This document shows, piece after piece, positions 32,482 to 42,676 of a DNA stretch of 54,388 nt. Origin of the DNA: a virus. Under the pieces are notes generated by a model. It was not told where the DNA came from, made no database searches, and saw only the letters and a program-made list of their open reading frames with translations. Every line of letters begins with the position of its first letter. Positions within the stretch are counted from its first letter, which is position 1. The stretch spans positions 1-54,388 of IMG/VR virus record IMGVR_UViG_3300007352_000003; one strand, given 5' to 3'. A program made the translations under genes and the position numbers.

Positions 32482-34263
32482 ATGATCGACTTGCAGGATA
32501 AAGAACAGCGCGGCCGGCTTCTGGCGGCCATCAAACACTCGCGCGAGACCATGGAGGATTTCCGCAAGGTCCGCGTGGAGTTGCTGCAGGACTACGTCGG
32601 CTCGTGGTATTCCAAGAAGGGCGCCCGCTACAAGACGCCCATCAACCTCTTGAACCAGACCGCGAAAATCTTCTCCACGATCGTGGCGGCCAACAACCCG
32701 CGGGTCCTGGCGTCCACCCGCAACCCCGAGAACTGGGCCTTTGCCAAACGCTTCGAGGTCAACCTGAACAAGCTGATCTCGGACATGAATCTGGCGCCGA
32801 CCAACCAATTGATCGCGCTGGACGCCTTCTTTGGTATCGGCGCCGCGGTGGTCACTATGCGGGATTCGGGGACCCGTTTTCACGGGCTCTTGGAATCGGA
32901 AGAAGACGTCTGGTTCGATCCCGGCGAACCGTGGCTGAACCGCATTTCCCCGGACGACTTGATCCTCGACATGTCGGCCAAAGAGATCACTAAGATGCGG
33001 TATTGCGGGCACTACTACCGCGCCGACTTAGGAAAGCTCAAGCAAGAGTCCGGCTACAACCAGGAAGTCGTCGGGAAACTTTCTCCCACAAAGCGAATGA
33101 CGGCGGACGGCGTCAAGGCGGCGCGGGAGATTTCGTCCGACGCCGAAGACGACGATCTCAAGCCCATGACCTGGCTCGCGAACGTCTGGGTGGCGGAAAA
33201 CAAGACGGTCGCCACGTTTGCCCGCGATCAGGACCTGCCGCCTTTGATCGAGCGGCCGTGGACCGGCGGCCAATCGGGGCCGTACCACTTTCTTTCCCTC
33301 GGCCTGGTCTCCGACAACATCATGCCGAGTTCGCCCGCCTCGAACCTCAAGGGCCTGCACGACGGCCAGAATCGGGTGTACCGCAAAATTGAGCGCCAGA
33401 GCGACAACCAGCGGACGATTAATTGCTACTCACCGCACGCCGACGATGAAGCCAAGAAGGCTCGCGATCTGAAGGACGGGGACTGGCTCAAGAGCCGCAA
33501 CCCGCGCGAGATCGTGCAACTCAAGCTTGGCGGCATCGACCCGGGCAATCAGGCGTGGTCGATGATGCTGCAGGACGTTTACAACCGCATGGCGGGCAAC
33601 CCAGCCGCCCGCGCGGGCCTCGGCCCCCAGGCCCCCACCGCTCGGCAGGAAGCAATCTTGCAAGAGGGCATCGGGCAGCAGGACTCCGTCCTCTACTCGG
33701 CGGTGGTCAATTTCGTGAGCGAGTGTTGCACCGACTTGGCCCGCCTGATGTGGCACGACGAGACGCTCCGGATCCAGGGTTCCATGCCGATTCCGGGCAC
33801 TCGCTTCAGTGTGCCCACGCCGTGGCCCGTCGAAGACGAATGGGGTAATCGAGTCTTGCAAGGCAGTTTCGAGGATCTGGAGATCAGCATCCAGGCTGAT
33901 TCGATCCGCTATAAGTCGGCCGAAGAGCAGCTCGAGGAGATCATGGGCACGGTCCGCGAGTTGATTCCGCTCTGGCCCATGTTCCAGGCGGCCGGCTACA
34001 TCATCGACGTGGAAGAGCTTCTGGACGCCGTTGCCCGTTATCGGGACCGGCCGGAAATCAGACGCATTATCCGCCTCGTCGACGAGCCTTTGCCGGCCGC
34101 TTCGCATGAGGCCAGTCAATCGCCGGTGACGCGGCGCGAGACGATCCGCCGCAACGTTCCCACCGGCGGTACTCAAGAGAGCCGTGGCGCCATGCTGGCG
34201 CAGATTCTAGGCAGTTCTGCCGTCGGCAACAACTCACAACTCGGAGCGCTGACGCAATCATGA
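32482..34263 (+). CDS. portal protein candidate
   Basis: 593 aa, the first large ORF after the terminase and upstream of the scaffold-like and capsid-like genes. No motif was checked. Confidence 0.5.
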   Translation: MIDLQDKEQRGRLLAAIKHSRETMEDFRKVRVELLQDYVGSWYSKKGARYKTPINLLNQTAKIFSTIVAANNPRVLASTRNPENWAFAKRFEVNLNKLISDMNLAPTNQLIALDAFFGIGAAVVTMRDSGTRFHGLLESEEDVWFDPGEPWLNRISPDDLILDMSAKEITKMRYCGHYYRADLGKLKQESGYNQEVVGKLSPTKRMTADGVKAAREISSDAEDDDLKPMTWLANVWVAENKTVATFARDQDLPPLIERPWTGGQSGPYHFLSLGLVSDNIMPSSPASNLKGLHDGQNRVYRKIERQSDNQRTINCYSPHADDEAKKARDLKDGDWLKSRNPREIVQLKLGGIDPGNQAWSMMLQDVYNRMAGNPAARAGLGPQAPTARQEAILQEGIGQQDSVLYSAVVNFVSECCTDLARLMWHDETLRIQGSMPIPGTRFSVPTPWPVEDEWGNRVLQGSFEDLEISIQADSIRYKSAEEQLEEIMGTVRELIPLWPMFQAAGYIIDVEELLDAVARYRDRPEIRRIIRLVDEPLPAASHEASQSPVTRRETIRRNVPTGGTQESRGAMLAQILGSSAVGNNSQLGALTQS

Positions 34264-34601
34264 GCAACCCGATGAGCAGTGTCGTCCGCCGTTTGCGATT
34301 CGATCCCCTCAAAGGCCGCGCGGTCGAGGTCGAAGGACCGTCGCCTCTGACGTTGGACGTGCCGGCGTTTCGCGGGCTGACTGAGGACCGGCCGGCGATA
34401 TCGGAGTCGGCCGGCGTGCTGCCCCGTCAGGTTGCGGAGGCCCGTGAAATCGTCAAGCGGCGGGGCCTGACGGGAATCGAGGTCCTGCCCACCGGGCAAG
34501 TGAAATTCACCTCGCGCGGCAAAGCCGGCAAGGGCGGGCGGAATGGATGGAACGCCATGCGCGGCAAAACCGATGCGGACGGCGGACTTGGAGACGTGTA
34601 A
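34260..34601 (+). CDS. hypothetical protein
   Basis: ATGA overlap with the portal candidate. Confidence 0.5.
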   Translation: MSNPMSSVVRRLRFDPLKGRAVEVEGPSPLTLDVPAFRGLTEDRPAISESAGVLPRQVAEAREIVKRRGLTGIEVLPTGQVKFTSRGKAGKGGRNGWNAMRGKTDADGGLGDV

Positions 34602-34614
34602 TAGGAGCCCCCCA

Positions 34615-35610
34615 ATGGCGATCGATGAATTGACGGATGAAATGACCCACGAAGAGGTGCAGGCCCTGGCCAAGAAGTTGGTGTCCGAACCGGATATCAA
34701 CGATGAGCCGGAACCCGAGCCCGAAAAGAGTGGTCCCCCGACCCACGAAACACCCGCCGGCAGTGCCGGCGATGAACCCGCCCCCGCAAAGGGCGATGAA
34801 CCTGCGCCCGTCGAGCCGTCAGGCTGGATTGACGACGACGTGCGCGGCCTGGTCTCCGCGTTCGGTTTGACGGAAGAAGACGTTTCTCTCTTCACCGGCC
34901 GCGATGAGTTGGAACGCGCCTTGACCCTCTTGGATTCGAGGGCCCGGAAGCATGTGGATGCGGAATTGGGTCGTGAGACTCAGCCGCCACCGCCGCAAGC
35001 GACCGCGCACCCTGCGCATCCGGATCGTCGGGCGGACGGCACATTTCTGCCCGCGGACCAACGGCGGGCGGCGCAAGAGGCGGTCCAGGAAGACTTTCGC
35101 CTGCAGCTCGATCCGGAGCTTCACGGGCAAGACCTCGTCGAGCAGCTCGGCAAGCTGCAGGAGCACTACGGCGCCCGAATCAAGACTCTGGCCGATCGGT
35201 TGGCCGCTCAGGAGCGGGTCGAACAAGAGCGAGCCGAACAGGCATTCGTGCAGGTATTCGACGCCACCGTGGATTCCCTCGGGCAGACGGACCTCTTTGG
35301 CCAGACCGGCAAAGAGACTCGGGAGCAAATGGCAAACCGAGTCCGCTTATTTGAAGAGTTTCAAGTCCGGCAGGCAATCCACGGCCGGCAGGGGCGACAG
35401 GTCAGCTTGAACAAACCCTTCCTGGACTACATTTCGCGCGCCGCCTTTGCGGAGCACTTTTTCAAACAGCAGCACAAACAGCTCACCCAGCGGGTCATGG
35501 CACAGGCGGGCAAGCGGATGGACGTCGGCGTCACCAAGACCGCCGCCGCCCGGCCCAGCCTCGAAGAGAGGATGGAGCAACGCTACCGCGAGCTTGACCA
35601 GCAGAGGTGA
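34615..35610 (+). CDS. scaffolding protein candidate
   Basis: The ATG at 34615 has AGGAG upstream. The acidic N-terminus, long helical E/Q/R-rich sequence and position before the capsid gene support the call. Confidence 0.45.
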   Translation: MAIDELTDEMTHEEVQALAKKLVSEPDINDEPEPEPEKSGPPTHETPAGSAGDEPAPAKGDEPAPVEPSGWIDDDVRGLVSAFGLTEEDVSLFTGRDELERALTLLDSRARKHVDAELGRETQPPPPQATAHPAHPDRRADGTFLPADQRRAAQEAVQEDFRLQLDPELHGQDLVEQLGKLQEHYGARIKTLADRLAAQERVEQERAEQAFVQVFDATVDSLGQTDLFGQTGKETREQMANRVRLFEEFQVRQAIHGRQGRQVSLNKPFLDYISRAAFAEHFFKQQHKQLTQRVMAQAGKRMDVGVTKTAAARPSLEERMEQRYRELDQQR

Positions 35611-35631
35611 CAGATATAAGGAGCCCGGCCC

Positions 35632-36738
35632 ATGGCGCTAGGCATTGAACAGTTAGACGACTTCATCCATTCGTTTCATCAGGAATACGACTGGGGGAAG
35701 TGGCAGGACATCTCCATGCCCCTGCAACAGTACTATTACGCCTCGCGGCTCTTCGACCAGGCCATGAAAGCGGAAATGACCGGGGCCTATTGCAAGTGGA
35801 AGTTGGAGGTCGATTACTCCGACAACTTCCAGATTGTCGGCCTCTACCATCGCGACGTGTCCGGCCGCGTGAACGTCCTCACTGAAGGCTCGATGCGGTG
35901 GGCGATGACCACCTGCAATTACCACTACGACATCGACGAAGAGGTCTTTGGCCAGGGCAGCAAGCAGATCGTCGATTACATGTCGGTATTGGAGAACGGC
36001 TTGATGAAGTCCTTCTTCGCCGGCATGGAAGATCAGATGTTCGGGGCTGGCCCGACTTCTTCGACGCAGTCGCCGAATCCGCCCTCCAGTCTCTTGTGGT
36101 GGATCACCTCGACCGACGATTCGACCACCGAAAACAACTCGGAAGAAGGCTTCGACGGATACGAGCCGCTGGGCTTCGGGTCGGCGGGTGTGGGCGGCAT
36201 CTCCTGCACGACCTACGAACAGTGGCGAAATCGCACGTTTCCCTACGTGCAGTTCTCGCGCGACGACGCGATCGAGAAAACGATCAACTCGATGGACCTC
36301 TGCGAATTCAAGCCGCCCATCGAGCGGCCGGACATCGTCCAACAAATGCGGCCGAACTGGGAAATTCTCACCACTCACAGCCGCCTGGCCCTGGGACGCA
36401 AGCTCCTGCAAGCCGGCAACGACAATATCCGCGATGACTTGGCGGCCCACTCGGGCAAGGTCTACATCCGCGGTGTGCCGATGCAGTGGGTGCCGGCTTG
36501 GACGAACTCCAGTTCCGTCAACGCCCGCACGGACGGCATTCTCTTGGGCGTCAACTGGAAAACGTTCAAGTGGTACTACCGTGAGGGCCGCAACATGCGG
36601 AAGCGAAAGGCGTTCCAGCACCCCGAAATGTCGAACGTCCGCATTCGCAAGATGGACGATGCGGGGCAAATCGTCTGCTTCAACCGGCGGGCCAACTTCC
36701 GCGGTTATTGCAGCTCGACTGTGACCGAGACCACGTAA
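35632..36738 (+). CDS. major capsid protein candidate
   Basis: 368 aa, AAGGAG RBS, sits between the scaffold-like gene and a strong terminator. Assignment is by order and size only. Confidence 0.55.
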   Translation: MALGIEQLDDFIHSFHQEYDWGKWQDISMPLQQYYYASRLFDQAMKAEMTGAYCKWKLEVDYSDNFQIVGLYHRDVSGRVNVLTEGSMRWAMTTCNYHYDIDEEVFGQGSKQIVDYMSVLENGLMKSFFAGMEDQMFGAGPTSSTQSPNPPSSLLWWITSTDDSTTENNSEEGFDGYEPLGFGSAGVGGISCTTYEQWRNRTFPYVQFSRDDAIEKTINSMDLCEFKPPIERPDIVQQMRPNWEILTTHSRLALGRKLLQAGNDNIRDDLAAHSGKVYIRGVPMQWVPAWTNSSSVNARTDGILLGVNWKTFKWYYREGRNMRKRKAFQHPEMSNVRIRKMDDAGQIVCFNRRANFRGYCSSTVTETT

Positions 36739-36802
36739 CCCGCGCCACAGAGGCAGGGCGGCGGGCGTGACTGAACGAATAAGCGTTTTTGGGAGCATAA
36801 TC

Positions 36803-37696
36803 ATGCAAGTTTTATGGAGCGAGCTTGATACCAGGCTGCTTTCGCCCAGACTCTGGTCGAAATTCGCCCCGCCGGTCGGTGGCGTCTTTAGAAGCACGGC
36901 CTCGGGCAACCCGGCCATCGGCTTCTTCGACGACTTTCTGAACTTCGGCGGACTCTTGGCCACGAACGATGGTCTCTATCATTCCGAAGGGAATCACTAC
37001 CGGTCGTATCAGACGGCGTCTTGCTACCTGCTGAACGTGGCCTGTTCGGCGACTCCGGCGAGTGTAGCGCCGACCTCTTACGGGGCGATCTCTTTCAATC
37101 CGACCAGCGGCGTGGTCGACAACGATACCGTCAGCCTAGCGTGGGGCGGCAACTTCAATTCGCCTTACGGGAGTTTCCCCTTCAACGTGATTCCCGGCAT
37201 GTCCAAGGATTTGGCCTTCGAGTGCCGGATTCAAGTATCGAGTATCGCGGAGACGATCGGCAACGTCTTTGTTGGCCTGGCCGGGGCGGCCGGCGTCGAT
37301 CCGGTTGCGGCCGCCGTGCCGATCACCCAGAGTGATGCCTTTGCGACCACCCAGAGTCTCTTGGGCTTCGGTCGCTTGGCTGCCGCTTCCACGGGCGCTT
37401 TCGGGCTCTATTACGAGCGAGCCTCCGGGACAACGGCATCGGTTGCCGGTGTCGCAACGGCCGTTGCGGCGACCTACATCAAACTGGGCTTCTACTGGGA
37501 CGCCGCGCGCCAGGAAGTGATTCCGTACATCGACGGAGCCAAGGTCGCGCGCTCTCTTCAGGTCGCCAAGGCCACAACCGGCGCAACCCCGTGGCCCAAC
37601 GACTACATGACCGCCGTGGCGGGCATCATGCAGACGGACGGCACGACGGCGCAGAAGCTCACGATGGACTGGTGGGCCTGCGCCCAAGCGGTCTGA
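36803..37696 (+). CDS. jelly-roll-like structural protein, distant paralogue of 48012-48866 and 48879-49715 (capsid decoration candidate)
   Basis: It shares ordered motifs with the two tail-proximal paralogues: GFFDDF, FECRIQV, NVFVGLAGAAG, LLGFG, GLYYERASG, KLGFYWD, IPYIDG. Confidence 0.5.
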   Translation: MQVLWSELDTRLLSPRLWSKFAPPVGGVFRSTASGNPAIGFFDDFLNFGGLLATNDGLYHSEGNHYRSYQTASCYLLNVACSATPASVAPTSYGAISFNPTSGVVDNDTVSLAWGGNFNSPYGSFPFNVIPGMSKDLAFECRIQVSSIAETIGNVFVGLAGAAGVDPVAAAVPITQSDAFATTQSLLGFGRLAAASTGAFGLYYERASGTTASVAGVATAVAATYIKLGFYWDAARQEVIPYIDGAKVARSLQVAKATTGATPWPNDYMTAVAGIMQTDGTTAQKLTMDWWACAQAV

Positions 37697-37729
37697 GTAT
37701 TTCGTTTCGCGTAGTCTCTGCCTGGGTAT

Positions 37730-37759
37730 CCCCGGGGAACGGATTCCCCGGGGCTTTTT
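37730..37759 (+). terminator. strong intrinsic terminator after the capsid genes
   Basis: ccccggggaa-cgga-ttccccgggg (10-bp perfect stem) followed by cTTTTT. Confidence 0.8.
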
Positions 37760-37771
37760 AGGAGTCCTGCG

Positions 37772-38761
37772 ATGGCCGTCTTGAATATCTCCATGACCGC
37801 TTTGAAGGTCATCATCGCGGACTTTTTGGGCTGGAAGCGGAACACGGAAGGGGCGGGCGCCGATTGGAGCACGGAAACGATTGCCCGGCTGGGTGAAGTC
37901 ATCAACACGGCGGCCCGCAAGGTCTACTACCCCACCGTCATCGGCAGCGGCGGAGAATCCCGCCAGCACCAATGGAGCTTCCTGCGCCACCACACCACCC
38001 TCACGACTTCGGAGCCCTACGACACGGGCACCGTCACCATTGTGAGCACCGCCGTCACGCTAGCCGATGGGACTTTTCCTTCCTGGGCGGCCTACGGCGA
38101 CCTGGTGGTCGATAGCGAGCACTACGAAGTCGTTACCCGCGGCGGAGACACCAGCTTGACCCTTTCACGGGCCGCCGACTGTGACGCCGGGACTTCCTAT
38201 TCGTTGGAACGATTCGTCTATGACTTGCCAACCGATTTCGACTCCATGCGGAGCGACCCGGTCTATCACGTCGATCACGCGGAGGGCTACCGGACGCTGA
38301 AGCGGACCTCCGTCGAACACATTCACAGGCTGCGCCGTGACGACGGCGACGAGACCGACTACCCGCAGTGGTACGCCGTCCGGCCGGGCGAATGGGCCAC
38401 GGCCACCGGCCAGCGCTGGGAATTCCTGGTCTGGCCCACGCCGGTCGCTGAAGTGGTCCTGGAATACGAGTACGGGGTCCAGCCGTCCGTCACGGTCGCC
38501 ACCGACACCTACTTCAGAGGCGGGCCGCTTCTGGCCACGGCCCTGGAGGAGATGTGCCTGGCGGTGGCCGAGATGCGTTACGGGGATCGGTCGGGTAGCC
38601 ACGCCGGGATCGCCCGCGAGGCCCTTCTGGCGGCCATCGACGCGGACGCGGACCGGATGGCCCTGCCTTATCTCATCGGCGACCACGGTGGCGAGCTTTC
38701 CGACCCGCCCACCGACTACGTTCTCACGCCGACGATCACTCTCAACGGGGAGGAAATGTGA
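37772..38761 (+). CDS. virion structural protein (adaptor or head-completion candidate)
   Basis: AGGAG RBS, first gene after the terminator. No motif recognised. Confidence 0.45.
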   Translation: MAVLNISMTALKVIIADFLGWKRNTEGAGADWSTETIARLGEVINTAARKVYYPTVIGSGGESRQHQWSFLRHHTTLTTSEPYDTGTVTIVSTAVTLADGTFPSWAAYGDLVVDSEHYEVVTRGGDTSLTLSRAADCDAGTSYSLERFVYDLPTDFDSMRSDPVYHVDHAEGYRTLKRTSVEHIHRLRRDDGDETDYPQWYAVRPGEWATATGQRWEFLVWPTPVAEVVLEYEYGVQPSVTVATDTYFRGGPLLATALEEMCLAVAEMRYGDRSGSHAGIAREALLAAIDADADRMALPYLIGDHGGELSDPPTDYVLTPTITLNGEEM

Positions 38762-39462
38762 TGTCGCTGGCTAATGGGCTTTCGGGCTTCTGGTTTCCGG
38801 GTCTGGCCAACACGGGCACGACGATCCCCGACCGTTCCGGTCGCGGTCACAATGCCACGGTTCAAGGCGGCGCTTCGGCGGCCTGGCAGACCTCGCCGAC
38901 GGCCATTCGCCTGACCAGCGACAGTGATTACCTGGACTGCGGCAACGTGGTCTCGGCCGGGGCGAATATGACGGTGGCCTGCAAGGTGAAAGCGTTGGCG
39001 GCTGGCGCGTATCAACGGCTTGTTTCCAAGACCGATAATCTGGCGACCCCCGGCGGCTGGCAATTGTACTACACGAACGCCGACAAGCCGGCTTTTCGCG
39101 TGGACTTCGCCATCTACGGATACCAGATCGCGGATGCGGCTATCACGGTGACTGATTGGCAGACGGTTGCCGGGCGACTGGTTGCCGCCACCACGATGGA
39201 TGTGTTTGTGGGCGGCAGTGAAGTAGCCAGCACGTTGACGGGCACCGTTGGCACGCCGGATACCGTGACGGAGTCGATGTTCATCAATCGCCTCAACTGG
39301 GGCGTGGACACGTTCTATTACGGCAACATCGACGTGTCTTGGTTCGCCGTCTGGACGCGGAATCTCTCGGACGCGGAGATTTTGCTTCTTCAGAACCCCT
39401 ACGTTCTCTTGGATGAAGTCGTTGGCGGTGGGCTCCTCAAGCTGCCCCTCGGCCTTGCATAA
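38758..39462 (+). CDS. LamG/concanavalin-A-like lectin-fold protein
   Basis: LSGFWFPG...TIPDRSGRGHNATVQGG...AIRLTSDSDYLDCG fits the Laminin_G_3 pattern (W.f....v.D.SG.g.nG...g). Confidence 0.6.
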   Translation: MMSLANGLSGFWFPGLANTGTTIPDRSGRGHNATVQGGASAAWQTSPTAIRLTSDSDYLDCGNVVSAGANMTVACKVKALAAGAYQRLVSKTDNLATPGGWQLYYTNADKPAFRVDFAIYGYQIADAAITVTDWQTVAGRLVAATTMDVFVGGSEVASTLTGTVGTPDTVTESMFINRLNWGVDTFYYGNIDVSWFAVWTRNLSDAEILLLQNPYVLLDEVVGGGLLKLPLGLA

Positions 39463-39473
39463 GGAACACTTTC

Positions 39474-39788
39474 ATGAGTTACGTTTCCACGGAAGTAGTT
39501 TCGGCCGCTGCCGCCGCCGCGCTAGCCGATTCGACCGAGATCATCTTCTCGGACAAGGTTGGCGGCCGATTCCACGTCACCTCCGGTTCGATCGCTACCC
39601 TGACGTGGTACGACGCCACGAAGCCGGGCGGAACTTTTCGGGCATCGCTCGACGAGTACGGCAACGCCGTCACTCAGACTGTTACAAACGGAGGCAGTTA
39701 TAAGATTCCCGACAGCTTGGCCGGCGCCGCGGCCCTCAAGGCCGTTGGGAATGTTGCTGGGGTTCTGGATGTCGTCTTGAAAGGCTGA
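39474..39788 (+). CDS. small structural protein
   Basis: Sits in the tail-gene block. No motif recognised. Confidence 0.45.
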   Translation: MSYVSTEVVSAAAAAALADSTEIIFSDKVGGRFHVTSGSIATLTWYDATKPGGTFRASLDEYGNAVTQTVTNGGSYKIPDSLAGAAALKAVGNVAGVLDVVLKG

Positions 39789-39790
39789 GC

Positions 39791-41875
39791 ATGTCGGGGC
39801 ACGCCACCCTTCGCGATCTGCACGTCGCCGCTTTCGACACGGTCGATCCCGGCAATGGTGGCGTTCTGTTTGTCGATCGCTGGGGAGAGGTCTTTCCTCT
39901 CCGGTCGGGCGCCTCCGACGAGACGCGGACTCTGGTCCAGCCGGACAATATCGGGCAGGTGGCCACGGTCAAGCTTTTGGAGCACGGCGGCGGTGATGTG
40001 GTGCTCACCGTTACGGGCGGCTACAACCAGGCCGGTTCAACCACGATCACGTTCGACGCCGCCGGCGACTGGGTCATCTTCTATTCAATCGAGACTTCCA
40101 GCGGATTTTACTGGCGGATTATGGGGCAAGAGGGCACGGATGTCCTTCAAACGAACATGACGCTGGGAACCGTAACGGCGGGCCGGGTGAACGGCGAGTA
40201 CGTGGTTGACGGTTACACGTATGCGGCCACGCGGGCTGGGATTCAGGCGGCCATCGACGCGGCGATTGCGGCCGGGGGCGGGCGGGTGCGGATTCCGGTG
40301 GGTGAGTACACCATCGACTCGCCACTCTTGATTGACGCGGCGTCGAACATCAACCTCGTCGGAGACGGCTGGGGGACGGTTCTCAAGCTGGCCGACAATC
40401 TGACGGCCTTGAGTCCCGGCGACATTCCGAACGTCCTAGAGATCACCAATTCCAGCGGCGTCCGGGTCGGCAACCTTTGCGTCGATGGAAACTACGCCGG
40501 CCAAGCGGGGATGCCGCATCTGACCATGCGGTTTGCCGCGGTGGCTGAGGGCACGGGCGGGATGACCATCCAGTACACCGGCGCGGGCTCGGCCGCCACG
40601 CTCACAATCTCATCGGCTACGCTTACCACGTCCTGTACCGGTGCTGCGGTGGACGACCTCAACCTCGACCTGACGGCGGCCGGTTACGACACGTTGGCTG
40701 AGCTTGTGGCGTATATCAACGGCCTGGCTAACTATACCTGCACCAAGACCGCCACCTACGCGGCCAACTCCTACACGCCGGGCATGACTGAAGGCACAGT
40801 TGCCGACATCAAGAGCGCGCCGGTGGCCGTGCCGTGGAATTCCAGCGGCGACCCGACCGAGATTGAAATCTACGGCAATTGCCTCTTTGTGCAGGACTCG
40901 GACCACGTCACCATCGACACCTGTGAACTGAAAAACGCGGCCCATATCGGTGTGCTGTTCTATTCGGGCTGCACGAATTTTCAAGTCGTTCACTGTTCGG
41001 CCCACCACTGCAACTGGCGGCCGATCGAGGTTTGGCCGGATGATGAAGTCGGGTTAGACGACACGAGCCAGGGGCTGATCGGGTTCAACGACGTGGGTGA
41101 GTCGTACAACACTCCGATTGCCATCGAGTACGTCAACGACACCGCCTGCCTGGTCATCGGCAACAAGGTCCGGATCACAGATTCGACTTTCAGCGCCGGC
41201 ACCGATTGCTTGAAGGGCGGAATTCATTTTTACAAGGGCGGCGGCCACGTTGCCATCGGCAACAGCCTCTGGGGGTGTGGAATCTGGGTTTCCAGCGACA
41301 CCGGTTCGCTGAAACACCATTCGATCATTGGCAACCGGATCGACGGCCGGTACGTGGCGGACGGCTACGAGAGTTACGGGATTAACATCAACGGCGACTA
41401 CTGCGTGGTCCAGGGGAACACCGTCAACGACACCTACTACGCCGGCTTCACGATTCTAGGGGGCGAGTATTGCGTGGTTTCGGGAAACGTCTTCTCGAAC
41501 ATGGCCAACGCGATCATCGCCTACCTGACGGCCGACAACAACACATTTGTCGACAACCAGTTCGACACGATTTCCGGTGATGTGATCACGGACGCCGGCA
41601 CGAACAACACTTGGATTCGCCACGCCAACGGGCGCGTTGAGTACGGCGTACCCAACGGCTCCAATGTGGTCGAGTGGTTTTCCGAGCCTCTGATGGTCGA
41701 ACGATCGGCCAATCCTCCGGCGCCCGCGGAGGGCACGGCCATCATTTGGATGTCGGACGGCACGGGCGCGATGCTGGGCGACGACGGCGATGTGCTGATT
41801 GCCTCGACGGCGGGCGGTGTCACGAAGTACGCGGTTTTATTCGATCATTCGGCCGGAACTGCTTGGCCGGCCTGA
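39791..41875 (+). CDS. tailspike with right-handed parallel beta-helix (pectate-lyase-like depolymerase)
   Basis: TRAGIQAAIDAAIAAGGGRVRIPVGEYTIDSPL is followed by repeated beta-helix coils: VTIDTCELKNAAHIGV, FQVVHCSAHHC, IGNSLWGCGIWV, IIGNRIDG, VVQGNTVND, VVSGNVFSN. Confidence 0.75.
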   Translation: MSGHATLRDLHVAAFDTVDPGNGGVLFVDRWGEVFPLRSGASDETRTLVQPDNIGQVATVKLLEHGGGDVVLTVTGGYNQAGSTTITFDAAGDWVIFYSIETSSGFYWRIMGQEGTDVLQTNMTLGTVTAGRVNGEYVVDGYTYAATRAGIQAAIDAAIAAGGGRVRIPVGEYTIDSPLLIDAASNINLVGDGWGTVLKLADNLTALSPGDIPNVLEITNSSGVRVGNLCVDGNYAGQAGMPHLTMRFAAVAEGTGGMTIQYTGAGSAATLTISSATLTTSCTGAAVDDLNLDLTAAGYDTLAELVAYINGLANYTCTKTATYAANSYTPGMTEGTVADIKSAPVAVPWNSSGDPTEIEIYGNCLFVQDSDHVTIDTCELKNAAHIGVLFYSGCTNFQVVHCSAHHCNWRPIEVWPDDEVGLDDTSQGLIGFNDVGESYNTPIAIEYVNDTACLVIGNKVRITDSTFSAGTDCLKGGIHFYKGGGHVAIGNSLWGCGIWVSSDTGSLKHHSIIGNRIDGRYVADGYESYGININGDYCVVQGNTVNDTYYAGFTILGGEYCVVSGNVFSNMANAIIAYLTADNNTFVDNQFDTISGDVITDAGTNNTWIRHANGRVEYGVPNGSNVVEWFSEPLMVERSANPPAPAEGTAIIWMSDGTGAMLGDDGDVLIASTAGGVTKYAVLFDHSAGTAWPA

Positions 41876-41899
41876 CCTCCTTTTTGAAAGGACTATTTC

Positions 41900-42676
41900 A
41901 TGGACGCGCATAATGCGTTGCAGCAGTTGATGGTGGCCCCGTTCCGGATTCAGGACCCGGGGGACGGCGGCACGATCTATGTCGATCGCTGGGGTGGGGT
42001 CGCCGAAATCACGACGGAAGGGGCAAGCGAAACCCGCATCTTGCACACGCCGCCCCAGGAAGGCATTCAAGTCAAGGTCGTTCATGATACGGACGGCGGC
42101 GACTTCACTCTAACGGTGAATCCAGCCAGCGGGACTTGCTACGGCTACAACCAAGCCAACGCGACCACGATCGCCTTTGCAGACGCGGGCGACTGGGCGA
42201 TGTTTGTCTCGGTTGCGATTGGCACGGAGATCGTCTGGCGGCTGGTAGCGCAGGAGGGTACCAACGCCACCTTCACCGGCGGCGGGACGGTTACCAGCGA
42301 GACCATCACCACGGCGACAATCACGACGGGCACTATTACTGACTTGACCGCCACAAAACTCAAGTTGGCCGTCACTGCGGTTACGGCCGTGGGTGCCGTG
42401 CAGTCGGACGCCACTAATTCTCTTTCGCCCGGCTTGAACGTCATCAAAGGCGGCGGCGCCAGCTTGGGCGTCAAGCTGCCGACCGCCGAGGCGGGCATGG
42501 TGGTTTTAGTCGAGAATGCCTCGGGCAGCACGGCCCTGATTTACGGGGCGGTTACAGCGGCTATCATCAATGCGCTGGCAACTACGACGGGTTACAGCCT
42601 GGCTACGACGAAGAACACCATTCTCGTGGCCGAGAATTCCTCGCAGTGGTGGACATTTCCCCTGGCGGTGGCTTGA
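41900..42676 (+). CDS. tail fibre/spike protein sharing the N-terminal anchor module of 39791-41875
   Basis: Shared motifs: DPG-x-GG, VDRWG, ETR, GGD..LTV, YNQA..TTI.F.DAGDW, W.R...QEGT. The C-terminus is T/A/G-rich. Confidence 0.6.
   Translation: MDAHNALQQLMVAPFRIQDPGDGGTIYVDRWGGVAEITTEGASETRILHTPPQEGIQVKVVHDTDGGDFTLTVNPASGTCYGYNQANATTIAFADAGDWAMFVSVAIGTEIVWRLVAQEGTNATFTGGGTVTSETITTATITTGTITDLTATKLKLAVTAVTAVGAVQSDATNSLSPGLNVIKGGGASLGVKLPTAEAGMVVLVENASGSTALIYGAVTAAIINALATTTGYSLATTKNTILVAENSSQWWTFPLAVA

Noticed and set aside
35653-36963. 436-aa ORF on the minus strand opposite the capsid gene. Similar long antisense ORFs occur at 486-1562, 3479-4207, 11389-12267, 37136-37993, 45235-46209, 48219-49265 and 50589-51683.
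   Set aside because: They lie exactly antisense to well-supported + strand genes in a GC-rich genome, where stop codons are rare. Their translations are Arg/Pro/Gly-rich low-complexity sequence without motifs or RBS. I treat them as shadow ORFs.
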